This document shows, in pieces, positions 54,458-63,294 of a DNA stretch of 64,000 nt. Numbering within the stretch: position 1 is the stretch's first letter; every line of letters starts with the position of its first letter. The position numbers were made by a program, and so were the translations under genes. The stretch is from a bacterium (lineage in GTDB: Bacteria; Electryoneota; Electryoneia; Electryoneales; Electryoneaceae): positions 4,475,757 to 4,539,756 of the forward strand of contig CAXXKJ010000002.1 in assembly GCA_963675295.2 (NCBI GenBank), in the 5' to 3' direction. Under the pieces are notes generated by a model. It ran no database searches. It was not told where the DNA came from and was given only the letters and a program-made list of their open reading frames with translations.

Positions 54458-55252
54458 TTGACAAGGGTCCACGTAACGTCTGGGAACGCAGTGACACGCA
54501 AGACCGGATTCCTCAAACCCGATCTCGCACGGGAACGTTGGATCCCACCCGATCAACATGGCCGTCCCCAAGACCCTGCCGCCTGGGCTGATCCGGGCGA
54601 TGGGTTCTGGGGACGTTTTTTTACCACGATGTGGGACGCATGGGGTGATCCGTACTGGTGGCCCGGGCGGAACGCGTGGGAATGCGCCGTCGGGGCAGTG
54701 CTGGTGCAGAACACGACGTGGAAAAATGCCGGGCGGATGATCCCGTTGCTGCGGGACGCCGGGTGGGCCAATGCGCCGGCGTTGCTCGAGGCGCCGGTTC
54801 CTGAGCTTGAGCAGACCCTGCGATCCGTTGGCTATTACCGGATGAAGACCCGCAAGCTGCGTGAGTTGGCGGCGTGGTGGGTCGCGCGTCGGGTGGACAA
54901 CGGCGGCGTGGACGACCTGCCGGACGAACCGTTACGCGACGAGCTGCTCGCGATCTGGGGGATTGGTCCTGAGACGGCGGACGATATCATGGTCTACAGT
55001 TTCGGCCGGCCGTGGTTTGTCGTCGATGCGTATGCCATCCGTGTCCGGCAACGCCTGCAGGGCAACGACGAGTCACCCTCCTACGCCGATCTCCAGGCCG
55101 AGGTTCACGCCGAGCTGCCACGCGATTACATGCTGATGCACCAGCTGCACGGCATGGTGGTCAACCTGTGCAAGTTGGTCTGCCGCGCGAAACCGAAGTG
55201 TGAGGTTTGTCCGTTGCTGGAACAGTGCGCATTCGGGCAATCCAGATCATAA
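54458..55252 (+). CDS. HhH-GPD endonuclease III-related protein
   Basis: WWP, GAVLVQNTTW, GIGPETAD, VVDAY, CxxxxxxCxxCxxxxxC. Confidence 0.88.
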   Translation: MTRVHVTSGNAVTRKTGFLKPDLARERWIPPDQHGRPQDPAAWADPGDGFWGRFFTTMWDAWGDPYWWPGRNAWECAVGAVLVQNTTWKNAGRMIPLLRDAGWANAPALLEAPVPELEQTLRSVGYYRMKTRKLRELAAWWVARRVDNGGVDDLPDEPLRDELLAIWGIGPETADDIMVYSFGRPWFVVDAYAIRVRQRLQGNDESPSYADLQAEVHAELPRDYMLMHQLHGMVVNLCKLVCRAKPKCEVCPLLEQCAFGQSRS

Positions 55253-55349
55253 TGGTTTTCCAGCACATAACCCTTGAGCCCGGCCTTGCACCAGCGATAC
55301 CTGAGTGTCACCTTCCCTGTGAACGTCGGACACTTGCACGGAACGCATT

Positions 55350-56783
55350 GTGGAACGCCGCCGGTTTCTACACCTTGCTGCCACCGCCGGAGCTGGAGTC
55401 AGCCTCGCCAATCCGTTTCGTCTCGCGCGGTCGCAGCCAGCACCGGACCAGCCGAACGTCCTGTTTATCATCGTTGAGGATCTCAACGACTGGGTCGGTC
55501 CATTAGGCGGGCACCCGAACACGTTGACCCCGAACCTTGACGCGTTCGCGCAGACGGCGGTCAATTTCACCAACGCGTTTTCCTGCGCGGCGGCATGTAA
55601 CCCCTCCCGCACCTCGATTTTCACCGGATTATTGCCATCTTCGAGCGGCGTTTACTACAACTCGCAGCACTGGCAAATTCAGCTCGGCAGCGCATATCCG
55701 ACCTTGCCCGACCGGTTCCATGAAGCGGAGTATACCAACCTGCTGGTGGGGAAGTTTTACCACGGAATCGTGGATGAACCGGTATGGGATCTTCAGTTTC
55801 CCACCTTCGACTATCACAACATGAACGGGGACGATCCGTACCTGCCGGGCCACCCGTACAACGGGTTGAACCAAAGCTGGCAGCGTGGGATGAGCAACGA
55901 CATGCTGTGGGGCGGATCCGACAACCCAGAAGGGTCGTTTCAGGATGTCCTGCGGTCAAGGTTCGTCGCCAACCGGTTGAACACGGATCTGCCGGAGCCT
56001 TTCTTCATCGCGCTGGGGACACGCGCGGCGCACCTGCCGTGGACTCCGCCGCGACGTTTCCTGGAGAAGTTCAACCCTGCTGAGATCGAACTTCCGCCGT
56101 TCCTCGGCAGCGACCTGAACGACATACCGCGCGGCGGCATCAACCTGATCAAGCCGGGTCTGCATCATCAGGTGGTGCAGGGACGGCAGTGGCACCTGGC
56201 GGTGCTCAATTACCTGGCGACGATCAATTATGTCGATGAACAGATCGGTCGCGTATTGGACGCGTTGGACAACAGCCCGTACGCGGACAACACGGTCGTC
56301 ATCATCACCTCGGATCACGGTCATCATCTGGGCGAAAAATATCACTGGCGCAAGTGGACGATGTGGGATGAATCGTTGCATGTGCCGTTGCTGATCCGTG
56401 CGCCGGGGGTGTCGGCAGCGGGAAGTGTTTGCCGCCACACCGTCAGTCTCGTCGACCTCTACCCCACCCTGATAGACCTCTGCGGGCTGGACGAGGTGCC
56501 GGATCTGGACGGACAAAGCCTGCGTCCGCAACTGATGGATGGCCACACACCGACCAATCGTCCCGCAGTTTCTTCCAACAGCCCGACCGAACACACGGTG
56601 CGTTCAAACCGGTATCGCTATATCTACTATGGCCGTGAAAATGGCGAGGAGTTGTATGATTGCTGGCGTGACCCGAACGAGTGGACCAACCTCGCGAGCG
56701 ATCCTGGCCACATCAACGTCAAGCGGGAACTGCGCGGCTGGATTCCGGGGGCAGTAGATCACAATGACCGGTGGGGACGATAA
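55350..56783 (+). CDS. Tat-exported sulfatase
   Basis: RRRFL Tat motif; PNVLFI, CNPSR..FTG, TSDHG, VPLLI. Confidence 0.92.
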   Translation: MERRRFLHLAATAGAGVSLANPFRLARSQPAPDQPNVLFIIVEDLNDWVGPLGGHPNTLTPNLDAFAQTAVNFTNAFSCAAACNPSRTSIFTGLLPSSSGVYYNSQHWQIQLGSAYPTLPDRFHEAEYTNLLVGKFYHGIVDEPVWDLQFPTFDYHNMNGDDPYLPGHPYNGLNQSWQRGMSNDMLWGGSDNPEGSFQDVLRSRFVANRLNTDLPEPFFIALGTRAAHLPWTPPRRFLEKFNPAEIELPPFLGSDLNDIPRGGINLIKPGLHHQVVQGRQWHLAVLNYLATINYVDEQIGRVLDALDNSPYADNTVVIITSDHGHHLGEKYHWRKWTMWDESLHVPLLIRAPGVSAAGSVCRHTVSLVDLYPTLIDLCGLDEVPDLDGQSLRPQLMDGHTPTNRPAVSSNSPTEHTVRSNRYRYIYYGRENGEELYDCWRDPNEWTNLASDPGHINVKRELRGWIPGAVDHNDRWGR

Positions 56784-56816
56784 AAAACCGGAAGTCTCAG
56801 GTGAGACTCCCGGCTT
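56784..56816. terminator. putative terminator between convergent genes
   Basis: AAAACCGGAAGTCTCA-gg-TGAGACTCCCGGCTT. Confidence 0.55.
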
Positions 56817-56855
56817 GTTCTATCAGCAATCCGTGTTGATCCCGTACGTACCGGA

Positions 56856-57347
56856 TCAATACTCGTCAATGTGACGCCACTCGGCGTCTTCGAGCCAGCG
56901 TTCCGGCGTGGTCACGAAGTCCATGAACTCCTGGAACAGGCGACTGTGGCGCTTCTCTTCGTCCGCGATCTGCAGCAGCAGGTCTTTTTCGTGCACAGCG
57001 GTCGTCTCTTCGGCCTTCTGAGTGTAGAACTTGACGGCCTCGTCTTCCATCTCCTTCGCCTTGGCGTAGTGTTCCTTGGTCACGGCGTCGTCGTCGAACT
57101 TCTCGCCGGCCTCGGACATCTTCTGGAAGATGTTCTTGGTGTTCTTCATGATGTCGCTGTGCGGCAGGCTTTCAGCACCACGGGTCCCTTCCTTCATCTC
57201 CTTGAAGATGTTGTAGTGCTTGACCTCTTCATCCGCGATCATGTTCAGAATGGTCTTCAGACCTTCGTTGTTGGTCTTGTTTGCCATGTCACGGTAGTAC
57301 GCTTCGCCGTCCTTTTCCATCTGCATGGCGAATTCAAACACGTTCAT
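56856..57347 (-). CDS. rubrerythrin/ferritin-like protein
   Basis: AMQMEKDG..YY, DEEVKH, DEEKRH diiron motifs. Confidence 0.88.
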   Translation of the reverse strand: MNVFEFAMQMEKDGEAYYRDMANKTNNEGLKTILNMIADEEVKHYNIFKEMKEGTRGAESLPHSDIMKNTKNIFQKMSEAGEKFDDDAVTKEHYAKAKEMEDEAVKFYTQKAEETTAVHEKDLLLQIADEEKRHSRLFQEFMDFVTTPERWLEDAEWRHIDEY

Positions 57348-57510
57348 CTGTAACTCCTTCTGCGACTGCGCGCTTGGCGCTATGATCAAATGTTGAAGAA
57401 TGATCGGGGGTTCAGGCGAACCGGATGCTGCACGGCGGGTTCGGCAAAAAGCTAGCCCATGCTCCGGGTCGAGTCAAGCAACGGCCCCGTTTCCCTCCGG
57501 GATTTCCCGC

Positions 57511-58299
57511 TCAGATCGTTTCCTTCACCTTGCCGGTGAGCAGCTTCCAGAACGCCTCCGCTTTTTCCTCTGCCGTGGCTTCAGCGTCCTCGAGGATACC
57601 GGTCAAACGGTCCTGTTGTTCCTCGCTGAGCTTGAAGTTTTCTGGAGCGGTGAGCGCATGATCGCCGGTGAAGATGTCCTTGACCGGCACATTCAGCTCA
57701 TGGTCACGGGCATACTCGAGAATCTCGCTCAGCAGTTCGGGCTGGTCGCTGACGATGTGGACCGCGTCCTCGTTGACTCCGCCCGCGCGCAGCCAGTTGG
57801 CGAACAGTTGCGTGGATGGCGTGCGTTGTTTCTCCAGCATGTCCTGCACGCCGAGGGTCCAGGTGACGATCACCCGGCTGACGTTACCCTGCAGCGCGTA
57901 GTCGGTAGCAGCCTGCGACCACGGACTCATCAATGCAATAAAGAAGATTGCCATCGCGAGCAATACGGTTTTGAACGCGCCGAACAGCGCGCCCAGTGCC
58001 CGGTCGATGCCGCCGAGCATGACGGCATGCGTGATTTTCTTCAGCACATGCGCGAGCACCCGCACGGCGATCGTTACCGCGACAAAGACGATGATCGTGG
58101 CGATCAACCCGGTCCAGACGCGGTCAATCTCGAGGGCGTCCGCCAACCACCAGCCGAAGCCGGGGCCAAGCCAACGGGCGGCGAAGTAACCGACGACCAA
58201 TGAGACGAGGTCGAAAAGTTCGAGCAAAAATCCGCGGAAAATGCCGCGGATTACAAACAGGGCCAACACGGCCAGAAGGATCAGGTCGAGGACGGTCAT
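57511..58299 (-). CDS. CvpA family protein
   Basis: LDLI...RGIFRGF..E, IDRALGALFG. Confidence 0.85.
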   Translation of the reverse strand: MTVLDLILLAVLALFVIRGIFRGFLLELFDLVSLVVGYFAARWLGPGFGWWLADALEIDRVWTGLIATIIVFVAVTIAVRVLAHVLKKITHAVMLGGIDRALGALFGAFKTVLLAMAIFFIALMSPWSQAATDYALQGNVSRVIVTWTLGVQDMLEKQRTPSTQLFANWLRAGGVNEDAVHIVSDQPELLSEILEYARDHELNVPVKDIFTGDHALTAPENFKLSEEQQDRLTGILEDAEATAEEKAEAFWKLLTGKVKETI

Positions 58300-58760
58300 T
58301 TGCCCGCTCCGAGGCGCTTCATGACCATCTGCTTGGCGGCATTGCCATCCGCCCGGCCGGCGGTTTTCTTCATCAGCGGACCCATCACCTTGCCCATCTC
58401 GGCGGGACTGGACGCGCCGGTCTCGGCGATGATTTCGTCGATCATGGCCAGCAGCTCGTCGTCGGACAAACGTTGCGGCAGGAGTTCGTCCAGCACCGCA
58501 ACCTCGCCCTCGGCTTCCTCGGCAAGGTCGGCACGGTTGGCTTCGCGATACTGTTGCGCCGCGCCATCCATCTTCTTGCGGTAGGATGATAGCGCCTTGA
58601 TCGCGCGGTCGTCGGTCAGCTCGGACGAATCCTTCGTGCGCTCGGTCAGGATGACGGATTTGATCGCACGCAGGGCCTCGAGGCGCGGCTTGTCCTTCGC
58701 CTTCATCGCCTCTTTCATCAAACCGGAAATGCGTTGTTCGTAATCCACCGTCGCCTCCAT
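58296..58760 (-). CDS. GatB/YqeY domain protein
   Basis: MKEAMKAKD..RL..LR, LPQRLS, MGKVMG, GRADG. Confidence 0.9.
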   Translation of the reverse strand: MEATVDYEQRISGLMKEAMKAKDKPRLEALRAIKSVILTERTKDSSELTDDRAIKALSSYRKKMDGAAQQYREANRADLAEEAEGEVAVLDELLPQRLSDDELLAMIDEIIAETGASSPAEMGKVMGPLMKKTAGRADGNAAKQMVMKRLGAGK

Positions 58761-58839
58761 GGCGGAGAAAATACGGCCCGACCTCAACTCAGGTCCGGGC
58801 CGTTACCATGTGTATCGGTGCATCGGTCAGCCACAGGGC

Positions 58840-59049
58840 TTAGATCTTGCCCTTGCGTTCGAGCGCGAGGTGCATCTTGCGCATCTTGCGGCGCGCGATA
58901 TTGGACTTGCGCTTCCGGGCTTCGGACGGCTTCTCGTAACGCTGGTGCTTACGGATTTCAGCCATCAGACCAGACTTTTCACACGCTTTCTGGAAACGCT
59001 TGAATGCCTTTTCGAACGGCTCACCTTCACGAACCTTGACATGCGGCAC
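58840..59049 (-). CDS. rpsU: 30S ribosomal protein S21
   Basis: VKVREGEPFEKAFKRF...YEKPSEARKRK; GGAGGTGA RBS. Confidence 0.96.
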   Translation of the reverse strand: MPHVKVREGEPFEKAFKRFQKACEKSGLMAEIRKHQRYEKPSEARKRKSNIARRKMRKMHLALERKGKI

Positions 59050-59184
59050 TGAACATCACCTCCAATCTGTGCCTGTAATCCTGATTTTCAACAGAGCGGG
59101 AATGTACAAGCGGGTATCGGTACAGGCAAGACAGTCCCCCTGAGTGAGCCTCTCTTTGCTACATCACTAAACCAGGGACAGACG

Positions 59185-60509
59185 CACAGCTGTCCCATTG
59201 AGCGATTAGTGAATCATCTGTAAGCGTTGTGGTTGTTGGGTTTGAGGGGTGTTGTTTTTGAAATCGATTTGAACTTGGTGTTTGAGTGCATGTTTTCACC
59301 TTCAGCGTCGATTCGCGAGGTGGAAGATGCACACGGGCCGGATGGTGTTTTCTCAGTTGATGGACGTGGTGTCCATGCAGGATTTTCGCAGTTGTGTCGT
59401 CCGGTACGGCGGCGAGTGGCGGGTGCGGCGTTTTTCCTGCTGGGATCAGTTTCTCTGCATGGTTTTTGCGCAGCTGACGCACCGGGAGAGCCTGCGTGAC
59501 ATCGAACTGTCGCTTCGAGCGGTTCAACGCAACCTGTACCACGCCGGGATTCGTGCGCGGGTGGCACGCAACACGCTGGCCAATGCCAACCGCCATCGGG
59601 ACTGGCGCATCTGGCAGGACCTGGCGCTGGGCCTGATTGACCAGGCACGGGCGCTGTATGCCGGCGATCCGCTGGCCGTAGACTTGGCGGGCACGGTTTA
59701 CGCGTTCGATTCGACGATGATCGACCTCTGTCTAACGCTGTTCCCGTGGGCGCCATTCGAACGCAGCCGCGGCGCGGTGAAGTTGCACACCATGCTGGAT
59801 TTACGCGGAAATATCCCCACGATGTGCGTCATCACCCACGGGCGGGTGCACGACGTCACCGTGCTCGACTGGATCCCGTTCGAACCAGGCGCGATCTATG
59901 TGCTCGACCGCGGCTACGTCAGCTACGCACGCCTCTGGCGCATCCAGCAGGCAAGAGCGGGCTTTGTCATCCGCGCGCAGCGAAACCTGAAAGCGACCGT
60001 CGTCGCAACGCATCCGGTGGATTCGGCAACAGGTGTACTCGAGGATCAGACAATCGTGCTGGCGATCCCCCACAGCCGAAGCCGCTATCCGGATCAACTG
60101 CGGCGTATCTGCTATCATGACCGTGAAAACGACCGCACCCTGACCTACCTCAGCAACCTTTTCACACTGCCGGCACGAACCATCGCCGATCTCTACCGGG
60201 AACGCTGGCAGATCGAATGCTTCTTCAAATGGATCAAGCAACATTTGCGCATCAAACGCTTCTACGGGACCAACAAGAATGCCGTCAAAACACAAATCTG
60301 GATCGCCATCACCACCTATCTGCTCGTCGCGATCCTCAAAAAACAGCTCCAACTCGAACCCAGTCCCTACCAGATTCTGCAAATTCTGGGCATCTCTCTC
60401 TTCGAACGCGTGCCTATAAAACAACTATTTAGCAACAAGCACGCGACCCTGTTTACCGACCACGATTCCAACCAGTTGAGTTTCCTCAACTTTTAATGGG
60501 ACAGCTGTG
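59185..60509 (+). mobile_element. IS4-family insertion sequence, copy 1 (1325 bp)
   Basis: IRs CACAGCTGTCCCATT(G/A)A; 9-bp direct repeat GGACAGACG at 59176-59184 and 60510-60518. Confidence 0.95.
59327..60496 (+). CDS. IS4-family DDE transposase (DUF4372-type N-terminus)
   Basis: FDST, LDRGY, YRERWQIECFFKWIK (YREK motif); stop codon inside the right IR; likely start MHTGRMVF. Confidence 0.95.
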   Translation: MHTGRMVFSQLMDVVSMQDFRSCVVRYGGEWRVRRFSCWDQFLCMVFAQLTHRESLRDIELSLRAVQRNLYHAGIRARVARNTLANANRHRDWRIWQDLALGLIDQARALYAGDPLAVDLAGTVYAFDSTMIDLCLTLFPWAPFERSRGAVKLHTMLDLRGNIPTMCVITHGRVHDVTVLDWIPFEPGAIYVLDRGYVSYARLWRIQQARAGFVIRAQRNLKATVVATHPVDSATGVLEDQTIVLAIPHSRSRYPDQLRRICYHDRENDRTLTYLSNLFTLPARTIADLYRERWQIECFFKWIKQHLRIKRFYGTNKNAVKTQIWIAITTYLLVAILKKQLQLEPSPYQILQILGISLFERVPIKQLFSNKHATLFTDHDSNQLSFLNF

Positions 60510-60563
60510 GGACAGACGGTTGTTTTATCGTGAAGAAAATAACATAAAAACTAGCGTCTGTCC
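60510..60563. repeat. 54-bp hairpin spacer 1
   Basis: GGACAGACG-GTTGTTTT-atcgtgaagaaaataacata-AAAACTAG-CGTCTGTCC. Confidence 0.9.
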
Positions 60564-61888
60564 CACAGCTGTCCCATTGAGCGATTAGTGAATCATCTGT
60601 AAGCGTTGTGGTTGTTGGGTTTGAGGGGTGTTGTTTTTGAAATCGATTTGAACTTGGTGTTTGAGTGCATGTTTTCACCTTCAGCGTCGATTCGCGAGGT
60701 GGAAGATGCACACGGGCCGGATGGTGTTTTCTCAGTTGATGGACGTGGTGTCCATGCAGGATTTTCGCAGTTGTGTCGTCCGGTACGGCGGCGAGTGGCG
60801 GGTGCGGCGTTTTTCCTGCTGGGATCAGTTTCTCTGCATGGTTTTTGCGCAGCTGACGCACCGGGAGAGCCTGCGTGACATCGAACTGTCGCTTCGAGCG
60901 GTTCAACGCAACCTGTACCACGCCGGGATTCGTGCGCGGGTGGCACGCAACACGCTGGCCAATGCCAACCGCCATCGGGACTGGCGCATCTGGCAGGACC
61001 TGGCGCTGGGCCTGATTGACCAGGCACGGGCGCTGTATGCCGGCGATCCGCTGGCCGTAGACTTGGCGGGCACGGTTTACGCGTTCGATTCGACGATGAT
61101 CGACCTCTGTCTAACGCTGTTCCCGTGGGCGCCATTCGAACGCAGCCGCGGCGCGGTGAAGTTGCACACCATGCTGGATTTACGCGGAAATATCCCCACG
61201 ATGTGCGTCATCACCCACGGGCGGGTGCACGACGTCACCGTGCTCGACTGGATCCCGTTCGAACCAGGCGCGATCTATGTGCTCGACCGCGGCTACGTCA
61301 GCTACGCACGCCTCTGGCGCATCCAGCAGGCAAGAGCGGGCTTTGTCATCCGCGCGCAGCGAAACCTGAAAGCGACCGTCGTCGCAACGCATCCGGTGGA
61401 TTCGGCAACAGGTGTACTCGAGGATCAGACAATCGTGCTGGCGATCCCCCACAGCCGAAGCCGCTATCCGGATCAACTGCGGCGTATCTGCTATCATGAC
61501 CGTGAAAACGACCGCACCCTGACCTACCTCAGCAACCTTTTCACACTGCCGGCACGAACCATCGCCGATCTCTACCGGGAACGCTGGCAGATCGAATGCT
61601 TCTTCAAATGGATCAAGCAACATTTGCGCATCAAACGCTTCTACGGGACCAACAAGAATGCCGTCAAAACACAAATCTGGATCGCCATCACCACCTATCT
61701 GCTCGTCGCGATCCTCAAAAAACAGCTCCAACTCGAACCCAGTCCCTACCAGATTCTGCAAATTCTGGGCATCTCTCTCTTCGAACGCGTGCCTATAAAA
61801 CAACTATTTAGCAACAAGCACGCGACCCTGTTTACCGACCACGATTCCAACCAGTTGAGTTTCCTCAACTTTTAATGGGACAGCTGTG
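60564..61888 (+). mobile_element. IS4-family insertion sequence, copy 2
   Basis: Same IRs and ORF; flanks CGTCTGTCC (left) and GGACAGACG (right) are inverted, not direct. Confidence 0.95.
60706..61875 (+). CDS. IS4-family DDE transposase
   Basis: Translation identical to copy 1. Confidence 0.95.
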   Translation: MHTGRMVFSQLMDVVSMQDFRSCVVRYGGEWRVRRFSCWDQFLCMVFAQLTHRESLRDIELSLRAVQRNLYHAGIRARVARNTLANANRHRDWRIWQDLALGLIDQARALYAGDPLAVDLAGTVYAFDSTMIDLCLTLFPWAPFERSRGAVKLHTMLDLRGNIPTMCVITHGRVHDVTVLDWIPFEPGAIYVLDRGYVSYARLWRIQQARAGFVIRAQRNLKATVVATHPVDSATGVLEDQTIVLAIPHSRSRYPDQLRRICYHDRENDRTLTYLSNLFTLPARTIADLYRERWQIECFFKWIKQHLRIKRFYGTNKNAVKTQIWIAITTYLLVAILKKQLQLEPSPYQILQILGISLFERVPIKQLFSNKHATLFTDHDSNQLSFLNF

Positions 61889-61942
61889 GGACAGACGGTT
61901 GTTTTTGTGTTATATTATTCACGATAAAACTACCGTCTGTCC
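61889..61942. repeat. 54-bp hairpin spacer 2
   Basis: GGACAGACG-GTTGTTTT-tgtgttatattattcacgat-AAAACTAC-CGTCTGTCC. Confidence 0.9.
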
Positions 61943-63267
61943 CACAGCTGTCCCATTGAGCGATTAGTGAATCATCTGTAAGCGTTGTGGTTGTTGGGTT
62001 TGAGGGGTGTTGTTTTTGAAATCGATTTGAACTTGGTGTTTGAGTGCATGTTTTCACCTTCAGCGTCGATTCGCGAGGTGGAAGATGCACACGGGCCGGA
62101 TGGTGTTTTCTCAGTTGATGGACGTGGTGTCCATGCAGGATTTTCGCAGTTGTGTCGTCCGGTACGGCGGCGAGTGGCGGGTGCGGCGTTTTTCCTGCTG
62201 GGATCAGTTTCTCTGCATGGTTTTTGCGCAGCTGACGCACCGGGAGAGCCTGCGTGACATCGAACTGTCGCTTCGAGCGGTTCAACGCAACCTGTACCAC
62301 GCCGGGATTCGTGCGCGGGTGGCACGCAACACGCTGGCCAATGCCAACCGCCATCGGGACTGGCGCATCTGGCAGGACCTGGCGCTGGGCCTGATTGACC
62401 AGGCACGGGCGCTGTATGCCGGCGATCCGCTGGCCGTAGACTTGGCGGGCACGGTTTACGCGTTCGATTCGACGATGATCGACCTCTGTCTAACGCTGTT
62501 CCCGTGGGCGCCATTCGAACGCAGCCGCGGCGCGGTGAAGTTGCACACCATGCTGGATTTACGCGGAAATATCCCCACGATGTGCGTCATCACCCACGGG
62601 CGGGTGCACGACGTCACCGTGCTCGACTGGATCCCGTTCGAACCAGGCGCGATCTATGTGCTCGACCGCGGCTACGTCAGCTACGCACGCCTCTGGCGCA
62701 TCCAGCAGGCAAGAGCGGGCTTTGTCATCCGCGCGCAGCGAAACCTGAAAGCGACCGTCGTCGCAACGCATCCGGTGGATTCGGCAACAGGTGTACTCGA
62801 GGATCAGACAATCGTGCTGGCGATCCCCCACAGCCGAAGCCGCTATCCGGATCAACTGCGGCGTATCTGCTATCATGACCGTGAAAACGACCGCACCCTG
62901 ACCTACCTCAGCAACCTTTTCACACTGCCGGCACGAACCATCGCCGATCTCTACCGGGAACGCTGGCAGATCGAATGCTTCTTCAAATGGATCAAGCAAC
63001 ATTTGCGCATCAAACGCTTCTACGGGACCAACAAGAATGCCGTCAAAACACAAATCTGGATCGCCATCACCACCTATCTGCTCGTCGCGATCCTCAAAAA
63101 ACAGCTCCAACTCGAACCCAGTCCCTACCAGATTCTGCAAATTCTGGGCATCTCTCTCTTCGAACGCGTGCCTATAAAACAACTATTTAGCAACAAGCAC
63201 GCGACCCTGTTTACCGACCACGATTCCAACCAGTTGAGTTTCCTCAACTTTTAATGGGACAGCTGTG
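61943..63267 (+). mobile_element. IS4-family insertion sequence, copy 3
   Basis: Same IRs and ORF; 9-bp direct repeat CGTCTGTCC at 61934-61942 and 63268-63276. Confidence 0.95.
62085..63254 (+). CDS. IS4-family DDE transposase
   Basis: Translation identical to copy 1. Confidence 0.95.
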   Translation: MHTGRMVFSQLMDVVSMQDFRSCVVRYGGEWRVRRFSCWDQFLCMVFAQLTHRESLRDIELSLRAVQRNLYHAGIRARVARNTLANANRHRDWRIWQDLALGLIDQARALYAGDPLAVDLAGTVYAFDSTMIDLCLTLFPWAPFERSRGAVKLHTMLDLRGNIPTMCVITHGRVHDVTVLDWIPFEPGAIYVLDRGYVSYARLWRIQQARAGFVIRAQRNLKATVVATHPVDSATGVLEDQTIVLAIPHSRSRYPDQLRRICYHDRENDRTLTYLSNLFTLPARTIADLYRERWQIECFFKWIKQHLRIKRFYGTNKNAVKTQIWIAITTYLLVAILKKQLQLEPSPYQILQILGISLFERVPIKQLFSNKHATLFTDHDSNQLSFLNF

Positions 63268-63294
63268 CGTCTGTCCCTGGTTTAGGAGAAGAAT

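Noticed and set aside
60519-60554. TTATGTTA on the minus strand resembling the XerD arm of a dif site
   Set aside because: No XerC arm at 6-bp spacing, and the motif is not conserved in spacer 2.
60519-61933. The 36-bp spacer cores (GTTGTTTT...AAAAC) resemble CRISPR direct repeats
   Set aside because: Only two units, with mutually inverted cores, separated by whole IS elements, and no cas genes; better explained as hairpin interiors.
59159-63182. Small ORFs overlapping the IS copies and spacers
   Set aside because: Alternative-frame or antisense products of the transposase gene, repeated only because the IS is repeated.
59185-63267. Simple tandem duplication or assembly stutter of one IS
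   Set aside because: The spacers differ and the outer copies have different target duplications; copy number still needs long-read confirmation.
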